A DNA stretch of 64,000 nucleotides from Tubiluchus corallicola (taxonomy: Eukaryota > Animalia > Priapulida). The notes beneath the pieces were generated by a model. That model worked only from the letters and a program-made list of their open reading frames with translations. It was not told where the DNA came from and ran no database searches. Position numbers and translations under genes: made by a program. Shown piece after piece: positions 52,267-63,980 of the stretch (position 1 is the stretch's first letter; each line of letters opens with the position of its first letter). The stretch covers positions 1 to 64,000 of the forward strand of contig JAQGDQ010000685.1 in the NCBI GenBank assembly GCA_030141605.1, in the 5' to 3' direction.

Positions 52267-55200
52267 ATAATCTTTATTTGCCATTAAAATACATTGATAA
52301 TCACTGATAAAAACTTTACAGAGATGATCAATCAGTGTTAGTTAATAAAAACTTACACTGCTAAAGGCAAATACGTCAGTGCAATCTAAACTACTGTGCA
52401 GTAATGGAAAGCAACGACGAATAAAATCAAACATATTTACAACTATGCACAAAAAATGAAAAAATTATGATTTAATTAATATGGCCGTGGATATATGAAT
52501 TCTGAGTTAGTGTGTATGTTGTCGTACCGGTGTGATGGTATTTCATATGTGGTTAATATTAGTGATTTTAATTTTGTTTTAAATACTAATAGGGACTTGA
52601 TTTGTTTAACCTGTAATGGTAGAGAATTCCAAAGTAGAATTGCTTCTTAGGCGTAAATCTAGGAATGCTTTTTCAGATGAAGCTCAGAACGAAAGAATGC
52701 ACTTGATAGTAGCATTACAAATACGACAACCTGGACCAATATTCCGTGCAACTGTAATACTCGGTCAAGGTAAAAACAGTAGCACTTTAATAGTTGTTTT
52801 TCTATTCAAAAGGCGGCGCCATATTTCTTACATAACGTTCTATAGGAACATCAAATGTTTATAATACGCGTGTCGCTTTTTAGAACTAAAAAAAAGACAA
52901 GGCGATGTGAAAAGTTAATCTTTCTCCGACGCAGTTTCATTTTTTACATTTTCTTTGATTTGCAAATGTACACAATTCGTTTTACCTAGTGAATAGGATA
53001 GCTGAGAGGTTACAATAGATCTGCGCTTAAAAACTGAAGTTAGGTAATACTAAATTTGATTGGTAACTGGACGAATGACTTCCCGCGTCATTGCCGTGCT
53101 ACTGAGGATGTGACTACTTATTCAAACTTGCCTTTTTCACCTTATCAGCATCCCATGTTAGAGAATTATCATTGAAAATGAGTTCTAATTGCTGCACAAC
53201 TCTCTTTGTTGAGTACAGACCTGTGAGTAAGTGCTGGACACTGCCTTGCTGTGATTGAATTGCATAAAAACCCGGATTGTAAACAAACAACATAGAAAAA
53301 CAATCTATTTGCATTTCACAACATACTAATATGTGGGAAAGTACTGCTATGAACATTATTCTCTTACTGTCGTGGGTACAGGTGGCGCTGTTGGATTGTG
53401 AGCTGCAAGGATTTTTCAGTGTCTCCCAATGGGGGTATTAATGGCTTGCAGAAATTCTGGGAATCATTGACGTAAATAATTACCGTAATTATTCGAGTTT
53501 AACGCGCAAAATTTTCCATCCAAAAACAACTCAAAGTTTGGGTGCGCGTTATAAACGAGGGCTGGGGGTAGCTAAGGAAATAATCAACAATATTTGCGTC
53601 ATCAGCAGACTTTGTCAGACGGTGCAACGTCTAGAGTCTACTCTATAACCTCTAGGTATAATTTAGACTCTAGACCGTTTGTCTAGACGGCGCCTGGCCC
53701 ACGGAAATGTCAGAGATTAGAGTTGTTCAACAATGCACGTGTTCAACAACGTTTGTCACTTAAAATGCTTGGTCTGAGCCGAGAAAAAGTGAATCAAAAT
53801 TTTATACCGATTTTTAATCGAAAATTAGGGGCGCGCGTTATACTCGAATAAATACGGTAATGAACGCAATTTATTTCAGGGGTTTTTGTTGGAGCATTCA
53901 GTCTTGCTTATTTGATCAGCCCCCGTTATTGTCATCGCTTTGTGGGATATTTAGAAGAGGAAGCAGTTAAAACTTACACAAAATGCTTAGAGGTAAACGT
54001 CTAGATACAAATTATATAGTACAGATCTTGAATCTTAATAAGCCTTTTCACAGTTCCAGCGATTGATGAGAATCATGAAAAGATCAGAGGTTAAGTGTAC
54101 CACACAACACATTTGTGTACATTGACAATGCCTCGCAGCCCAAGCTAATAGTAACAGCTTTAACAGTTAGCTAGAATCTTACCTAGGTCATTTTTTCCTG
54201 TTCCCAAACAAGACCGTGCTAGTAAATCCCTCTATGTCGATGTAATACGACTTTACTGAACTGATGCAGCAGGCGGCTTTTCTTTACGCAAATGTCACGT
54301 GATTGTGCAGTTAAGACATGTTGTTGTGGTACACTTAACCTTTGACCTACAGCGAGTGCGCTTGTGAACAATGAAGCTGTGATAAGGCCTATTTGGACAT
54401 AATAGTGATTGAGAATTGGAATAAACTTAAAAAATGATTACTTGAAATCAAACTCCGATTAAAAAAGAAAATGAAAGGAAAAAGTCAGAACTGGGCTTGG
54501 TTTTGAACCTGTGAACTTTGGATTACAAATTAACTGTCACAGCCGCTATTCCGAAGTCTTTTGTGATTCATTGCATGATATTCAGATTGTAATCCATCAT
54601 CCTTGAACAGGAAAAAACTTTTTCCATATTTCCTTATTTTCAATCAAAACATGATTTAAAAAAAACTAATAAGTTTATAACAATTATAAAATTCATTAGT
54701 ATAGACCTATAATTATATTACATCTTTGCTTGCAGCAGTTTCCTCTATGTTTGTAAAACCCACACTCTGCAACAGGTTTAAGTCATATGGTAGTGTTATG
54801 CAGAACACTGCACAAAATTTGTAATGTATTGTACTATTGTTACAGCATGTAATTTACAATGTATTGTACTATTGTTTACAGCATACACAACACTATATAT
54901 AATTTACAATGTATGGCAGTATTGTTTGCAGCATGTACTACACTATACATAATTTACAATGTGTGGTACTTGTGACGAGTTCTTATCTATGGTTTATATT
55001 TTAATGTTTGTGCTCACTAAGGTTTCCCCCTCGCTGTTTTTAGCGGCCAAGCCACGTGGCGTTACATTCTCTAGACGTATCATGGCAGCAGTCTTTGTGA
55101 ATAAACAGATTAATAAGCAAGAAAGATTTATGTTAAATGTTCTATAAAGTTTCTAACAAAGTTACAAATGTTGCCAAGACGTTACAGTACTATTGTTTGC

Positions 55201-55456
55201 AGCCTATACAACACTATATATAATTTACAATGTATGATACTATTGTTTACAGCATATCAAGGAAGGTAGCATTATGCACTGGCAGAACACGGTGGCTTCA
55301 GACGTGGCTATTAACTACTGGAGAATGAAGCCAGGTTCCACCATACACGACATGATCAGAAACATGAGAGCCGATGAAGCAAATCATAGAGAAGTCAACC
55401 ACACCCTGGGCTTGCTGGGACAGTATGATGCGGTTCCTTTTCCTGCACCTAAATAG
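43938..55456 (+). CDS. AOX: Mitochondrial alternative oxidase (ubiquinol oxidase), 334 aa, 9 coding exons
   Basis: Exons 43938-44075, 48563-48648, 48841-48936, 50179-50242, 50961-51052, 52009-52127, 52677-52769, 53880-53992, 55253-55456; all GT-AG and in phase (1005 nt). Diiron motifs [41 protein letters not shown] and [12 protein letters not shown]; basic N-terminus resembling a mitochondrial presequence. Confidence 0.97.
44704..44932. repeat. ~59-bp tandem repeat x4
   Basis: gtggggggagtagtgaatgaaagatgaaatggtgcgagaactaagaaaaactgtgat. Confidence 0.9.
45598..46048. mobile_element. piggyBac-like MITE
   Basis: ttaa|ccctttcagtccc...gggtatgaaaggg|ttaa; the internal palindrome gtatcccacgggatac occurs twice. 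Confidence 0.85.
46650..48230. repeat. 15-bp minisatellite (~105 units) in an AOX intron
   Basis: Unit gtaaccttggcacct with variants, degenerating to ~48360. Confidence 0.97.
48990..49322. repeat. ~118-bp tandem repeat x3
   Basis: ttatttatgtctgtacttcaaaacatattataaattt...aaatttactcat. Confidence 0.9.
49564..50100 (+). mobile_element. 5'-truncated RTE-clade LINE
   Basis: [10 protein letters not shown]...[10 protein letters not shown]...[15 protein letters not shown]...[14 protein letters not shown], typical of the RTE C-terminus; (tga)n tail at ~50084-50100. Confidence 0.9.
50564..50941 (+). mobile_element. MITE family X, copy A
   Basis: TIR aataaaccttttcacag...ctgtgaaaagactcatt; inner inverted repeat aggtcaaagattaagtgtacc/ggtacactcaacctttgacct. 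Related copies at 54037, 63643 and partially at ~6500-6780. Confidence 0.8.
53483..53857. mobile_element. Tc1/mariner (pogo-like) MITE
   Basis: ta|ccgtaattattcgagtttaacgcgc...gcgcgttatactcgaataaatacgg|ta. Confidence 0.85.
54037..54393 (-). mobile_element. MITE family X, copy B (inverted relative to A)
   Basis: aataagccttttcacag...ctgtgataaggcctatt; the body is reverse-complementary to copy A. Confidence 0.8.
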
Positions 55457-56091
55457 GTGCTTTGAACATCACCACTCCCCCCTCCCCCCCTCCTTGTACA
55501 TGAGAGATTCTTGTAAATATTAAGGTACCTAAACATCGAAATTAATTGCGTTTATTGTTGATAATGTCAGTTTTTGACAATTAATTACAGTTTTGCTGAT
55601 TATCTTTAACCTCAGTTTACATTGTGAAGAGTACTTTAGTTTTTATTTTTACAGAAAATATACGATACTCCCTCTGTTGGAAAGAAATGTCTGTACAGTT
55701 CATTGTCACAATTAATTGTACTGAATAAGAAAATGGACATTGCATTCCACCAGGGTACAATGTTCTCAACTGCCTAGCCAGTACATTCCAAATGCTAATT
55801 CAATGATAATTATTTTCAAATGATTCTACTCACAGAATTTCTAATGAGGTCTAGCGGATTTCATGCAGTTATTATCACATTACAATTTGACCTCATTTTG
55901 AGTATGTTTGCAATGTAACAATATTTTTGCATAATAACCAGTAGTCGAGTATTTTTTCTCTATTGCAGTAAGTTCCTCTATATGCAAAATGGATTATGTA
56001 TAATACTCATTACTGCAATTTGTATACTGTAGTAGCCTTTCATTTTAAATAGCGGTTATCGTGACCGTTGCTTGGTTAGTGGTAAGCTATA

Positions 56092-56312
56092 CAGGGGTGC
56101 CGGAGCCATGGGGCAGCGGCCCCCATTTAAAACGTGTGGTTATACATGATTACCCGTAGGAGTTTACCCGAGAAGGCATTTTGGGTGCTTTAAATATACC
56201 CTTATATTTAAGTCATATCGTTACTAGCGTGACCATAGAAATATGGGTAAACAAAATGTACCCTTTTCAAAAATGCTGCCCCCACCTCTGTATTTTGCTG
56301 CTGGCACCTCTG
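56092..56312. mobile_element. Small hAT-like MITE
   Basis: caggggtgccggagc...gctgctggcacctctg; degenerate TSD aagctata/aagattta. Confidence 0.55.
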
Positions 56313-56986
56313 AAGATTTAGATGTCAGTCGTGAAGTGAGTTGTTTTATTTTTAATAGAAGTTAAAAAATTTATAAGCTATTAATAGTTCAACTATGAAA
56401 CTGCGAAAATTTTTGAGAATTCAAATTAATGCAACTGAGACAAATTATTGCTGATTTCTCATTTATTTTAAATTATAATTTTGAACTGATTTTGGAATTA
56501 CAAAAGATGTATATATAGTGCAGTTGCAACTTAAAGATAATAATTATTAATCATAATCATGTGTACATATTACAGCCTATATAAGCTTACAATAAATTGT
56601 TTTACTGTGAAAAATATACCACTGAAATGTATCTAAATATAATATATTTTTTGTAAAGCCTAGACAAACTCCATTAGACAAACTCCATAGTTATTATTAC
56701 AGATAAGTAAACAATACAGTAACATAGGTACATAAACATGGCACTGATATAGACATGGAACATACCATCAAACATAGAAACTTTAACAATAAACAACTTT
56801 ACAACTGTACTAGGTAATAAGAATATCACAAATGTCAAAATTAATTATAGGCCTAACCATTTACAATCAAAACTTAAATATTCCAGGAGTAATTATCATA
56901 AATATGTTAATGATTAGCTTCTTACACAGTTTTTGATTAATACATCATTACTGTTTTCTTAATCATCACACTTCAGCTTAGAGAGT

Positions 56987-59900
56987 TCAAGTAATGACTA
57001 GCCTGTCCCGGGCGTTGCTGCTCATATCTTCAACCTGGAAAAACAGAATGTTCATATTTAAGGGAATACCTGGAAAGGTCAAGCCTTCTGCGAAGTTAAG
57101 CTTATTTCAATGTTTGCAAAAAATGTTAAAAGGACTTGGTAATAAAACTGCAATAAGCGTCTCTTGTAATTAGTAAAATCACTTTAAAATTGCGATCACT
57201 TCATGCTTGAGTGCTTCCATTTTCAATGTCCATTCCTCTTCAAGTGATGTCATTCATCTTCAACAAAAGTAGCATACTGTCAATCTTCAGCAAAAGTACA
57301 ATAAGTTTTTACAAAAAAATTAGATAGTAATTTTGTAATATTTTTGCTTAAACATTAGGTAAGCTGCAGAACTGTGAATTAGTTTAAGCAGTGTGTGCTT
57401 ACGGAAAGTGACGTTTTGTCATTTTTCCACCAGTGACGTTGTGTCATTTTTCTACCAATGACGTATGTTCATTGGCTAAAGAAAAGCAACACACTGCCAA
57501 TTTTCTTCAAAAGTTTAATAAGTTTTTCAAACTAATTTTGTGACATTTTTTGCACGAACATTAGGTAAGCTGCAGAACTGTGAATTAGTTTAAACAGCGT
57601 GCGCTCCTGCAGTGTTTACGGAAAACCACGAATCTCTCCCTGTTACGTCATGATTTTCAAGTGTCTGGTGGCAACGACCTGAAAATTTGTATTCAGAGGC
57701 AGTATATCCTAAATTTATGCTTTATAGGCAGTTTTTTTGCACATTTCTTTCTTACATTTTTCTATGTTCAAGTGATAACAGTACAATGAACCCAGCATAC
57801 TGAGTGACTTGTTATTTCCTTTAAAACAAGCCAAAGATAGTTTAAAGTAGTCAGGGAATGTTGCCACTAAGTAAAACAATAGAGAACTGATAATGAATTC
57901 TTGCAACACGTGTGCCTTTGCTAAGAAGAGGTGTGCTAATATCCTTGCCTGTTCAACTTGACCTCATACGGTCTCAACACACTGCAATTCTGAGACAAGT
58001 TGCTCAAATAGTAGTATCACCCACAAGCAAACTTGATCTTAGACAGTGTTACAAGCTTGCAAACGATATCAGAGAGTGTTACAAGCTTGCAAACGATATC
58101 AGAGAGAGTTACAAGCTTGCAAACGATCTCAGAGAGTGTTACAAGCTTGCAAACGATCTCAGAGAGTGTTACAAGCTTGCAAACGATCTCAGAGAGTGTT
58201 ACAAGTTTGCAAACGATCTCAGAGAGTGTTACAAGCTTGCAAGCGATATCAGAGAGAGAGTCACAAGCCTGCAAACGATCTCAGAGAGAGTTACAAGCTT
58301 GCAAACGATATCAGAGAGTGTGTTACAAGCTTGCAAACGATATCAGAGAATGTTACAAGCTTGCAAATGATATCAGAGAGAGTTACAAGCTTGCAAACGA
58401 TATCAGAGAGAGCGTTACAAGCTTGCAAACGATCTCAGAGAGTGTTACAAGCTTGCAAACGATATCAGAGAGTGCTACAAGCTTGCAAACGATTTCAGAG
58501 AGAGTTACAAGCTTGCAAATGATATCAGAGCGTTTGCAACACGTGTTTACAACTATGTTACAAGCTTGCAAACGATATCAGAGAGAGTTACAAGCTTGCA
58601 AATGATATCAGATGGTGTTACAAGCTTGCAAACGATCTCAGAGAGTGTTACAAGCTTGCAAACGATCTCAGAGAGTGTTACAAGCTTGCAAACGATATAA
58701 GAGAGAGTTACAAGCTTGCAAATGATATCAGAGAGAGTTACAAGCTTGCAAACGATCTCAGAGAGAGTTACAAGCTTGTAAACGATATCGGACAGTGTCA
58801 CAAGCTTGCAAACGATATCAGAGAGAGTTACAAGCTTGCAAACCATCTCAGAGAGTGTTACAAGCTTGCAAACGATATCGGACAGTGTCACAAGCTTGCA
58901 AACGATCTCAGGCAGTGTTACAAGCTTGCAAACGATCTCGGAGAGTGTTACAAGCTTGCAAACGATATCGGAGAGAGTTACAAGCTTGCAAACGATCTCA
59001 GAGAGTGTTACAAGCTTGCAAACGATCTTAGAGAGTGTTACAAGCTTGCAAGCGATTTCAGAGAGAGAGAGTTACAAGCCTGCAAACGATCTCAGAGAGA
59101 GTTACAAGCTTGCAAACGATATCAGAGAGAGTGTTACAAGCTTGCAAACGATATCAGAGAATGTTACAAGCTTGCAAACGATATCAGAGAGAGTTACAAG
59201 CTTGCAAACGATATCAGAGAGAGTGTTACAAGCTTGCAAACGATCTCAGAGAGTGTTACAAGCTTGCAAACGATATCAGAGAGTGTTACAAGCTTGCAAA
59301 CGATATCAGAGAGAGTTACAACCTTGCAAACGATATCAGAGAGAGTTACAAGCTTGCAAACGATCTTAGACAGTGTCACAAGCTTGCAAACGATCTTAGA
59401 CAGTGTCACAAGCTTGCAAACGATCTTAGACAGTGTCACAAGCTTGCAAACGATCTCAGAGAGTGTTACAAGCTTGCAAACGATATCGGACAGTGTCACA
59501 AGCTTTAAAACGATCTCAGATCATGCCACAAGCTTGCAAACGAAGTGTCTTACTTCATCATGTTCATCAGTCAATGGGGTCCTGTGATTATCCTGCCCGC
59601 AGCGTCGAGTAAGCCTCGGACTCACACGTTTCACAGTCTCCTGGACAGAGGTCAAGCACTTCTCTGCATACTCCTTGGTTGCAACTGTAGCTTGAGCAGT
59701 AGCTTGCTGCAGAAATATCATAACAGTAAAAGCTACTTGTTTTATGCTAACCAGAGATGAACTGCAAACAGGGATGAGTGAAACTCCCATGGCAAATAAT
59801 TATTTTAATGCAAGTATGTGGTAACAAGCAACAAATTACATAATCTAAAGTGCAATGTAATTAATTAACAAAAGAAAAATTCATTTGAAATTTTCTAAAC

Positions 59901-62900
59901 TTCTCAATCCATAAACGATCAAAAAACGAAATGTAAAAAAAAAACGCAAGTTGGATTTGAACCGCTACCATCAAGTTACAAATTTAACAGCTCTTAAATG
60001 TTGAGCTTATAACTCAAATGTTGTCTATTTCACAAACAGGAAATTTTAACAAATTATCAGCTAATTGCATTAAAAAGGTTAAAGAAGTTATAAAGAAACC
60101 TGAAATTCTGGAAAAATGTTTGCAGTTCCGTTGTTCTCCATCTTGGATGCCATTTTCTTTATTAGAATCTTGGGAGACACTTTTCCTTCAGGCTTCTCTG
60201 ACACAGCAAGATTTTGGGAATTAGTTTCAGGAATGGAAAGTTGAAGTGTCTCCAATTCTGGCATGTTTCTTGGAGAACTCGAATCATTCATCGATATTAA
60301 GGCCTGTTGTTTTTGATTACCAGGAATGCTCAATGTTTGTCCCGTTTCCTACAAATATATTAATCCAGTCACTCCCTAATCTGGTGAATTCATATTGTAA
60401 TCCGGTCGCAAGACAAAACACATAAATAACAGAGTTTCTTTAGATTAAAAACCCATTAACCAACTCAACCAAGATATGCAAAACAATAATTATTAATAAC
60501 ATTTGCCACTGATGAATTACTGGTGGTAAATAAACAGTGATTTCTACCACAATGTTGCAGTCGCTGCGTGCTTAAAGGACAAGAAAAGGGGTACCTGAAG
60601 TAGGCTTCAGAAAAATCGCCTTAAAAATTAAGTTGCTTTACAGCAATTTTATGCGTATGTCTTACTCGCGCTGAAAGGAATTTTAGTTTGTTTTCGTTTT
60701 AAATCTCCCGCAATACTGTTCCGAAGTCGCCATTACATGACGTCATCTACCAAACGTAAATCAAGGGAAGAAAAGGCAATGTTAAATTATATCTCAAAAG
60801 ATTTTCCTTGCAAATCTATATTACTTAGAATTTCGCTTACCTACTAGAAAGACTTATGTAACTAGAAAAGAAAATTATTAATTATTTACATGTTTTCACC
60901 AATTGGTAAAATGTCGCTGACTCACCCTCCAGGATGCACCACTCACTAACCAAAAAACACATTTTTAATCTTATTGACAAGATACAGTAATTTTAAATTT
61001 TATTTAGTTAATGACATGTGCGCTACGAATGCTCTGATTATTTTTTCAAACTTTACAAAATGTTACCTAAACTTGTTTCAAATGACCTGTCGTGAAAATG
61101 GCTGCATCTAACGGTCATCGCGGGAGTTTAAATTTACATGTTTTATACAGCGTGACTGCCGATTGAAGTCCTGCACGCAAAAAGGCAGTATGTAAGTGAT
61201 ATAAAATTTCAAAACGAATTCTTTAAGCATTACGTTTATGAAGGGTTGTCTTGTGCTTTAATGCAGTGATCAGAAATGAGCACGATGACGTTGCAACGTT
61301 AGATGTAGCTGTGTCATGAAAGGCAAAAATTACAAACTCAAAAGCCATTTCATATTAATGATTCTTTCTTTAGTAATTCAGTTAAACTTCAAGTTCAGGG
61401 CCATAAATGCAACGGAATATGACGCATGAGACATTGATTAGGTGTACCATTAAACCAAACATGATTATATTAAAATAGTAGCAATGGTTTACTGAAGAGG
61501 CAGTAAAGGTAGTGATCTGTGTTGTTTGTGGACACAGGATGCAATGTTAATACTTTAATAACGACTGTGTCCACAAACAACACAGCTCACTACCTTTACT
61601 GCCTCTTCAGTAACTTACACAAATAATAGGAGGATCTTCCACAATCAGCTTAACCCAATTAGTCATTTTTATCCTAAGAATTTCACTGTTAGTAAAGCTT
61701 CATCCACAGTAAACACATAAACATAAAAAGTCCTGCACGTTCTTCATGCTCTGCTTTTACTATTTTCTCAGTTTATGTTTTACATCCTATGCAAATAATA
61801 TCGGCAGCTAAAACAAATGTCACCAGTTTAAGTATACATCAGGGAGTATTATAGTCCTACTTAACATTCTCACGAACTAAACGAAAACACCAAATAAAGA
61901 GATAAAAGTGCACAAGATACAGCAGTTGAATTATTGCATGGTGGTGGGCGGGTGGGTGGTTGGGGGGTCTTTATACCTGTTTGCTTTTTGATTCGTCCTC
62001 GGAAGTGTTATGTTCATCATCACTCAGTTGTAAAAAATCACCATTTTTCTTCAGCTGTCTCATTTTGATCTGCAAAACAACAGAAAGCTTAGTGTGAGTG
62101 AAGTTTGGAAATGCAAAGTGTATGTTGTGTAGTGAAGTGAAGTGACAAAGTGCAAATAAAGTAGTGACTTGAAGTACTGTATTGAAGTAAAGCAATGTAA
62201 AGTGAAGTGAAGTGAACTGACAAAGTGCAAATAAAGTGAAGTGAATTGAAGTACTGTATTGAAGTAAAGCAATGTGAAGTGAAGTGACTAAGTGCAAATA
62301 AAGTGAAGTGAATTGAAGTACTGTATTAAAGTAAAGCAATGTGAAGTAACGTGAAGTGAAGTGAACTGACAAAGTGCAAATAAAGTGAAGTGAATTGAAG
62401 TACTGTATTAAAGTAAAGCAAAGTGAAGTAAAGTAAAGTGAAGTGAAGTGAACTGACGAAGTGCAAATAAAGTGAAGTGAATTGAAGTACTGTATTAAAG
62501 TAAAGTAATGTGAAGTAAAGTGAAGTGAAGTGAAGTGAACTGACGAAGTGCAAATAAAGTGAAGTGAATTGAAGTACTGTATTAAAGTAAAGCAATGTGA
62601 AGTGAAGTGAAGTGAAGTGAAGTGAACTGACGAAGTGCAAATAAAATAAAGTGAACTGAAGTACTGTATTAAAGTAAAGCAATGTGAAGTCAAGTCAAGT
62701 CAAGTAAAGTAAAGTGATGTGAAGTCAAGTGAAGTAAAGTCAAGTAAACTGACGTAATGTGAAGTGAAGTGAAGTAAAGTAAAGTGAAGTGAAGTCAAGT
62801 GAAGTAAAGTCAAGTAAACTGATGTAATGTGAAGTGAAGAGAAGTAAAGTGAAGTAAAGTAAAGAAAGTAGCAAAATAAAGTAAACTAAAGTAAGGCAAG

Positions 62901-63452
62901 GTAAGTTAAAGTAAAGAAAAGTAAAGTAGAGCAAATATAAAGTAAAGTAAAGTGATGTAAAGTAAAGTGAAGTCAAGTCAAGTGAAGTGAAGTGAAATCA
63001 AGTAAACTGGTGTAATGTGAAGTGAAGTGAAGTAAAGTAAAGTGGCAAAATAAAGTAAACTAAAGTAAGGCAAGGTAAGTTAAGGTAAGGAAAAGTAAAG
63101 TAGAGTAAATATAAAGTAAAGTAAAGTAAAAGTAAAGTAAAGCCAGACAAAGCAAACCAACGCAATGCAGAGCAGTCAAGTAAAGTTAGTCATTTCAAGC
63201 AAAGCACACAAGTTTATTTGACTGGCCCAGCCTGCTTTACCTGTCATTAATTACAGCTGAATTAAATTTAGGTTAATAGCCTACCTTCTTTTTTGTTGCT
63301 GAGGCTGACTGAGCTATTTTGGACCACCAAGGAAGCTTAGCATCCGAATCAGGATTTGAAGGTGTTTTAGCCTCCACCACAATGTTCGTCTCCAGTTGCC
63401 CCTTTTCTTTATCGCAATTGTTCTCATTGAAATCATTTTTAGCCTCTTTTAT
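56987..63452 (-). CDS. 3' exons of an unidentified protein-coding gene (polar, low-complexity C-terminal region); 5' part beyond window
   Basis: Phase-0 GT-AG exons without stops: 63452-63285, 62069-61977, 60348-60100, 59706-59554. Then 57989-57963 plus 57034-56987 (stop), or 57989-57936 (stop). No recognisable domain. Confidence 0.7.
58035..59542. repeat. 30-bp minisatellite (~50 units) filling almost the entire intron
   Basis: Unit ttacaagcttgcaaacgatatcagagagtg. Confidence 0.97.
61489..61613. repeat. Near-perfect hairpin: 49-bp arms, 1 mismatch, 27-nt loop
   Basis: ttactgaagaggcagtaaaggtagtgatctgtgttgtttgtggacacag / ctgtgtccacaaacaacacagctcactacctttactgcctcttcagtaa. Confidence 0.95.
62120..63185. 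repeat. (GAAGT/AAAGT/CAAGT)n pentamer satellite with longer compound units
   Basis: Directly visible. Confidence 0.95.
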
Positions 63453-63642
63453 CTAATCAGCAGAAACAAAATTACGAAATGATAATTACTGCAAGGATCA
63501 AATGCACAATGAATCAAATTGCACATTGCAACCATTATCTACAATTGTTACACCTGCGCAACCACATAATTTGAATTTGATTTAAAACTTTAAGGTAACA
63601 AAAATTTACGCTTACAAACAATTGGAAACTGTAGATCAAACA

Positions 63643-63980
63643 AATAAGCCTTTTCACAGTTCCAGTGAATGTTGATGATCGCGAAAACTTCAGAGGTTAA
63701 GTGTACCAGACAACACACTTCTGTACACTTGACAACGCCTCGCAACTCATGCTATTGTAAAAGTAGCAGTTTTAACAACTATCTATAACCTTACCTAGTT
63801 CTTTTTTTTCTTGTTACCAAGCAAGATTCTGCTAGCAAATCACTCCGTGCACAAACTAATGCATAGTTAAGCAAAGTTCGTCAAATCAACTGAAGTTACT
63901 GAACTGATGCGACAGACAGCTTTACTTTGCCTACATGTCACGTGGCAGTTGTAGTTAAGACCCGCTGTTATAGTACACAG
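63643..63980 (-). mobile_element. MITE family X, copy C
   Basis: aataagccttttcacagttccag... with a body matching copies A and B. Confidence 0.8.

Noticed and set aside
43938-55456. AOX as recent horizontal transfer or contaminant
   Set aside because: Eight introns filled with the same host repeat families as neighbouring genes, and AOX is known from many invertebrates.
57912-59587. Multiple ORFs with CYKLAND/VTSLQT repeats
   Set aside because: 30-bp intronic minisatellite; its unit does not include the flanking splice sites.
61971-62976. 240-aa Phe/Thr/His-rich ORF
   Set aside because: Only the last 31 codons (62069-61977) form a real exon; the rest is pentamer satellite.
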